NCBI GenBank assembly: GCA_964583965.1
Contig: CAZOYI010000255.1
Location: 1 to 62,247 of the forward strand
Direction of reading: 5' to 3'
Source: an uncultured Caldisericota bacterium
Lineage (GTDB): Bacteria > Caldisericota > Caldisericia > UBA6126
DNA: 62,247 nucleotides
This document shows positions 55,511 through 62,247 of this stretch, piece after piece. Under the pieces are notes generated by a model that did not search any database, was not told the origin of the DNA, and saw only the letters and a program-made list of their open reading frames with translations. A program made the translations under genes and the position numbers. Position 1 is the first letter of the stretch. Each line of letters opens with the position of its first letter.

Positions 55511-57202
55511 CTAGAACTGAATCATGATTTCTTTGGTTTCAGGTATATATTCAATTTTAGCACCAAAAGATTCGGATATTAACCGTAGTGGAACCATAGT
55601 TCTTCCATTGGTTATATATGGTGAAGCTTCCAGAGAAACATTTCTTGTTCCAGTCTTATCATGACGTATGGTTGCTTCTGTATCTCCAATTTTCAAGCAG
55701 ACATGCACGCCAACTAAAGATATATGCACTTCCTTAGTATCAGAATTCCATTCAATATCAGCTCCATAAATATCTGCAATTGCGCGTATAGGAACAAACA
55801 CTCGTCCATTTACATTTTGAGGAGGTGCATCCAGATAAAACTCTTTGTCATTAAATATACCGACAGTCTCTCCAACGGAGAGAATGATAATATTGTCATA
55901 TGGGGGTTTATAGAAAAACACAGCATATTTTGTAATTTCATTGTCAAGATCGTCTTTCGCAGTAAAAATGAGTTGATTAATCTTATTGATAATCTCATAA
56001 TGTACCCGAAAGGAGCCATCTTTTTGAACAAGCACTTCCATGCCATTAAAAATCAATTCAGCATCTGGATCTGTTTTACCTGAAACATCAATCGATTCTT
56101 CCTTAACTTGAAGTGGTACAGGATCAATTGTTAAACTAGGTGGTTTTGTGTCCAATTCTACCTGAATTGATTTTGACACGGAATTTTGCTGCACATCCCA
56201 TACTTTTATCACGAATGTGTTATTACCTTCTTTAAGGAGAGTTCGATAAAAGAAAATTCCATCTTCTTCATCAACCGATAAACGTTGATCATTAATACTA
56301 GCATATGCACCTGGTTCTGTCTCACATAAGAAGAATATTTGTTTGATATTGGTACGATATGCTGCTTCTGGAGTTAGAATATTCAAAAAAGGTGGTTCGG
56401 TATCAATATCTTTGTCAACGTAAATTGTGACTCGATATTCAAAATTACCACCATTGCTCTGCAATGCTAAAAAGCCCTCATATTCAGCATGAGGTGGGAG
56501 CAGAGTCGTGCTTGCCGTGACAGTAATAATTTCTTCATTCTCAAATTTCTTGGGACGAATTTTTAACCATGGAGTCAAGGATTCCACTGTTCCTGCTAAC
56601 GAATTCTTCCCCGAATTGAAAACTCGAAATGTTTTTGAAGGTTCTTCTCCAAATTGGACTGTACCAAAACTGAGTTCTCCTGGTTCCACAGCCAGAATAG
56701 GGTCATTGCTTTCTTCATAAATTGCAATCTCATAAGTAGTAGGATCACAAGAAGTAGCCGCTAAGCGGCTATCCATGAGAACAATGTCAGCTGCAGATAA
56801 TCGGGCAGAACCCGTACGAGTAGGTTCTAAAACAATAGTAAAAAGATCTCCTTCTCCATGTATACCTTCTTGTTTCCCAAGAAGGGCAGAACCAATTGTG
56901 ACTATGCCAGATTCATAGACTTTGAATTGAAAAGAAGTTTCCTCGGTTTGAAAAAAAGAACCTTCCTTGCAGTCAAGAAACTGCATACGATTTGTAGGGA
57001 AAGAAAAGGATAATGAATACCCAAATACGTCCACAGCTTCTTTTAAATGAACAACAACCTCAATTGTTTTGGTTTGGAGAAGATATTTTTGTTTTTCAGA
57101 TGTAATTTGAATCGAAGCCTGCTCTGCATAGATGCTCTGATATGGAAAAGAAAAAGTAAAGAAAAGCACAACCAGAGTAGCACAGAGAAAATACTTTTTC
57201 AT
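55511..57202 (-). CDS. Secreted surface protein: cohesin-like N-domain, Ig-like modules, C-terminal double copper-amine-oxidase-N-like stalk domain
   Basis: Signal MKKYFLCATLVVLFFTFSFPYQSIYA. IEVVVHLKEAVDVFGYSLSFSFPTNRMQFLDCKEGSFF (cohesin-like). DTKPPSLTIDP...VSGKTDPDAELIFNG...DGSF (Ig-like). NGRVFVPIRAIADIYGADIEWN and NGRTMVPLRLISESFGAKIEY (stalk). Confidence 0.72.
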   Translation of the reverse strand: MKKYFLCATLVVLFFTFSFPYQSIYAEQASIQITSEKQKYLLQTKTIEVVVHLKEAVDVFGYSLSFSFPTNRMQFLDCKEGSFFQTEETSFQFKVYESGIVTIGSALLGKQEGIHGEGDLFTIVLEPTRTGSARLSAADIVLMDSRLAATSCDPTTYEIAIYEESNDPILAVEPGELSFGTVQFGEEPSKTFRVFNSGKNSLAGTVESLTPWLKIRPKKFENEEIITVTASTTLLPPHAEYEGFLALQSNGGNFEYRVTIYVDKDIDTEPPFLNILTPEAAYRTNIKQIFFLCETEPGAYASINDQRLSVDEEDGIFFYRTLLKEGNNTFVIKVWDVQQNSVSKSIQVELDTKPPSLTIDPVPLQVKEESIDVSGKTDPDAELIFNGMEVLVQKDGSFRVHYEIINKINQLIFTAKDDLDNEITKYAVFFYKPPYDNIIILSVGETVGIFNDKEFYLDAPPQNVNGRVFVPIRAIADIYGADIEWNSDTKEVHISLVGVHVCLKIGDTEATIRHDKTGTRNVSLEASPYITNGRTMVPLRLISESFGAKIEYIPETKEIMIQF

Positions 57203-57417
57203 TTTTCACTCCTTTTTGCATTTCCATCAGTATTTCTCGACATACTCAATTTAAAGATGGATTCAAGGATTTTAAAAAAAGAAGACCAACATTCATGAAG
57301 ATTTATGTTTTGATTCGACAAATAAACGAGCCCTTTTTTTGGTGTCGTTAAAAGAGCTACAAGAAAGCCTATAGAAAAACCAACCATCAATCCCCCAAGA
57401 GAATCACTCTTTTTCAT
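57199..57417 (-). CDS. YtxH-like small membrane/stress protein
   Basis: MKKSDSLGGLMVGFSIGFLVALLTTPKKG matches the YtxH N-terminal pattern. GAGAGGTG SD. The stop forms ATGA with the next gene. Confidence 0.5.
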   Translation of the reverse strand: MKKSDSLGGLMVGFSIGFLVALLTTPKKGLVYLSNQNINLHECWSSFFKILESIFKLSMSRNTDGNAKRSEK

Positions 57418-57826
57418 AACACCTCTCAATGATTTGAGAAACTCGTATGGACGCTTTAAAATGTTTATCCCAATAAAACGCAACACCGATAGCAACAGTT
57501 AAAAAAATGCCTCCGAATATCATTTGCCTTGAAGGAATTCCTTGCCCAAGCAGAATTCCAAGAACGAGCATCAACAATGGAAAAAGAAGGCTAATTGCTG
57601 TTGCCACTAAAAAAGAGCTATTTTTTATGTGCAGTTCAACCATATCTCCAACTGAAGCATCATTAAGATCATCCACAAATACAAGAGAAGGTTTTTTGCA
57701 ATCCATATGACAAGAACTGCATTGGTTTCCTGAAGAACAATCCAACGCATTAGATTCATTATCATCCATCAATGAAACCCAACCGCTCTTTCCAGCAATT
57801 CTTTTGACAATAGCTTTACGATACAT
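57404..57826 (-). CDS. RseC/MucC-family (SoxR-reducing-system-type) membrane protein
   Basis: MYRKAIVKRIAGKSGWVSL...CSSGNQCSSCHMDCKKP followed by 2 TM helices, as in RseC. GGAG SD 7 nt before ATG 57826. The track start 57895 is a TTG over-extension. Confidence 0.62.
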   Translation of the reverse strand: MYRKAIVKRIAGKSGWVSLMDDNESNALDCSSGNQCSSCHMDCKKPSLVFVDDLNDASVGDMVELHIKNSSFLVATAISLLFPLLMLVLGILLGQGIPSRQMIFGGIFLTVAIGVAFYWDKHFKASIRVSQIIERCYEKE

Positions 57827-57899
57827 CACTGTTCTCCAAACTAGAAACCCCGTGATGGCGTCTAAATGAAGGCCCATTAACCGCATTACTATCAAATTT

Positions 57900-58025
57900 A
57901 GGAATTAAAAAGCTGTTCGGGTACCAATGCTAGCAAAGGTGCCTCTCCGAGCAAATTGCAACCGGTTAATTCATCATTTAGCGTCGTAGCCTACATTCAC
58001 AACAACCACCGCAGGGCATATTCCT
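57900..58025. other. Candidate structured RNA or regulatory element in the largest non-coding gap. Class and strand unresolved.
   Basis: Flanking inverted repeat AGGAAT (57900..57905) / ATTCCT (58020..58025). Internal interrupted hairpin: 57914..57920 pairs with 57947..57953 (7 bp) and 57921..57925 pairs with 57938..57942 (5 bp), with a 12-nt loop. It contains two G-U pairs that exist only in plus-sense RNA. 8-bp palindrome AACCGGTT at 57960..57967. Confidence 0.25.
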
Positions 58026-58033
58026 ATTATACA
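58026..58033 (-). promoter_or_regulatory. Candidate extended -10 element (TGTATAAT) for minus-strand transcription toward the RseC-like gene
   Basis: Minus-strand TGTATAAT at 58033..58026. Weak TTGCAT 15 nt upstream. Confidence 0.3.
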
Positions 58034-58162
58034 ATATTTACTGTTAATGCAAAGGAAATGACCCTTGGATTCAACATTCTTAAAAAGTTACAATTTTCAT
58101 CTTTACAACTTCAGAACATTTGTTAAATACTCTATGTGGTATTTTATGGAAACGAGGTAAGA

Positions 58163-58690
58163 ATGATTTGTTCTTTTAAAACGTGGAAACCGTTCCTTCA
58201 AGAAAGCTGTTTCATCGCTCCAAATTCGGTTATTGTGGGTAATGTGATAGCAAAAAAGAATAGTAGCATTTGGTATGGTTCTGTCATTCGAGCAGATTTA
58301 GCTCAAATCTATATTGGAGAAGGTACAAATATTCAAGAATTATGTTCTCTTCATGTAAAAGAAAATGGTCCTGTTCATATAGGAGACTTTGTAACAGTAG
58401 GTCATGGCGTCATTTTACATGGTTGTACCATTGGACGCTCCTCACTTATCGGTATGGGATGCATTATCCTTGACGATGCAAGAATTGGAAACTATTCTCT
58501 GGTTGGAGCAGGTTCTCTCGTAACAGAAGGTAAAACATTTCCTGACGGATCTCTAATTCTTGGTTCTCCCGCAAAAAAAGTTCGAGATTTAACAGAAGAT
58601 GAAATTGAAAAAATCAAACAATCTGCTCATCATTACATTCAATTAGCAATTGAAAATAAACTGGCAGTAGAAGGAGCTCTTAATGAGTGA
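58163..58690 (+). CDS. Gamma-carbonic-anhydrase-like / hexapeptide-repeat (LbH) protein
   Basis: PNSVIVGNVIAKKNSSIWYGSVIRAD...IGEGTNIQE...VTVGHGVILHGCTIG left-handed beta-helix repeats. GAGG SD before ATG 58163. The track start is a GTG. Confidence 0.82.
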   Translation: MICSFKTWKPFLQESCFIAPNSVIVGNVIAKKNSSIWYGSVIRADLAQIYIGEGTNIQELCSLHVKENGPVHIGDFVTVGHGVILHGCTIGRSSLIGMGCIILDDARIGNYSLVGAGSLVTEGKTFPDGSLILGSPAKKVRDLTEDEIEKIKQSAHHYIQLAIENKLAVEGALNE

Positions 58691-59222
58691 GACCAAAATT
58701 CCTTGTGGAATTTCAAATCGACACATTCATGTATGCAAAGAAGATTTGGAAGCTTTATTTGGAAAGGGATATGCCTTATCCCCCAAAAAAGATCTATCTC
58801 AAACAGGTCAATTTGCCTGCGAAGAAACAGTTAAACTAGTTACCATGAAAGGACAAATTGAAAATGTTCGAATTTTGGGTCCTGAAAGAAGCTCTACGCA
58901 GGTAGAAATTTCTGTTACGGATAGCTTTACACTTGGCATTCGAGCTCCTTTTCGAGAGTCCGGTGATACTGCCGGAACACCGGGCGTCTTAGTAGTAGGT
59001 CCCGTAGGTTTCAAGTATATCCCAGAAGGTGTCATCATTCCTCTGCGACATATACATATGAATCCTCAAACTGCCACCAAATTAGAAGTTCAAGATAAAG
59101 AGATTGTTTCCGTAGAGACAGAAGGTCCTCGATCTGTCATTTTTAATAATGTTATGATACGTATTCGAGAAGACTTCACATTGGATTTTCATATTGACAC
59201 TGACGAAGCAAATGCTGCTGGA

Positions 59223-61761
<2,539 letters not shown>

Positions 61762-61775
<14 letters not shown>

Positions 61776-62247
61776 TTTCAGTCTTAATAAAGGTTTGAGT
61801 AAATTTCTGAATCACCCGCAAAAGGGCTTTCTCTAAATTGGAAGAAATCTCTTTTTTTGTTTCTAGAATAGAAACAAAACGAGGATATCGAGATTTCATA
61901 AATCGGTACAATTGCTCTTGGTAAACCAATATTTTCGCTACAGGAACCGATTTCATTAAATTATTTTTAAAAGCAAAAAGGAGTAAAATTTGCTTCTCGA
62001 TCTCAATTGGAGCAAGATCATTTTGTTTCATTATCTCGACCAATTGTTCTCCTTTTGTAAGTTTTGCTTTGGTTTCGGTGTCTAATTCGGTGCCAAACTC
62101 AGTAAATGCTTTTAAATCACTGTATTGGCTAAGTTCTAGTCGTAGACCTGAAGAAACTTTTTTCATTGCATTAGTTTGCGCTGAACTACCTACCCGAGAT
62201 ACTGACAATCCAACATTAATGGCAGGACGTAACCCTGCGTTGAACAT
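61762..62247 (-). CDS. atpA: F1 ATP synthase alpha subunit, C-terminal part (5' end beyond the right edge)
   Basis: FNAGLRPAINVGLSVSRVGSSAQ and the C-terminal helical domain. The gene continues upstream of the window. Confidence 0.93.

Noticed and set aside
57900-58025. Assigning the structured element to a known riboswitch class. Fragments resemble Moco (GCCTCTCCGAGC), c-di-AMP/ydaO (ACCCGAACAGC on the minus strand) or glycine (CTCGGAGAGGCACC on the minus strand).
   Set aside because: Each resemblance covers only one short motif. The remaining conserved cores are missing and the flanking genes do not fit those ligands. The element is left unclassified.

Overview
AT-rich, very gene-dense chromosomal segment. 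I call 54 protein genes, 48 of them on the minus strand. By eye I found no rRNA, tRNA, CRISPR array, IS element or prophage. The wall genes are of monoderm type (LCP, TagO/MnaA-like) and yloB-gmk-rpoZ and ftsEX-M23-ctpA synteny is present, so the organism looks Bacillota-like; the exact lineage cannot be determined from the sequence. Gene order, reading the minus strand from right to left: (1) F1 ATP synthase atpA (partial)-atpG-atpD-atpC; (2) RseC-like, YtxH-like and a cohesin/stalk surface protein; (3) YitT; (4) ftsE-ftsX-M23 peptidase-ctpA; (5) Ca-type P-ATPase-gmk-rpoZ; (6) fabZ-fabH-fabG-acpP-fabF-accD-accA-bioY; (7) a wall-glycopolymer block (tagO/wecA-like, mnaA, murA, DUF4330, murJ, LCP, small membrane protein, Wzy/O-antigen-ligase-like, GT1); (8) rpmB-wHTH-ogt-rfbF-SDR-rfbG-pcp; (9) hisS-aspS. 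hisS-aspS runs without a break into an NlpC/P60 hydrolase, a secreted propeller-like protein and two tandem, anciently diverged secreted giants. Each giant is exactly 2,210 codons long and has a C25 (gingipain-type) Cys-protease core, stalk (copper-amine-oxidase-N-like) domains and long beta-propeller-like arrays. This block is the best candidate for an undescribed system. At the left end lie a membrane GT2 synthase, a GAF (fRMsr-like) protein and an ECF sigma / zinc anti-sigma / secreted-protein operon. The last gene of that operon (1..1172, minus) is absent from the supplied ORF track. The supplied track uses the longest ATG/GTG/TTG ORFs, so I trimmed many starts using homology-style N-termini, Shine-Dalgarno sequences and recurrent ATGA stop/start overlaps. 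Every functional call rests on motif recognition by eye; no database search was run.
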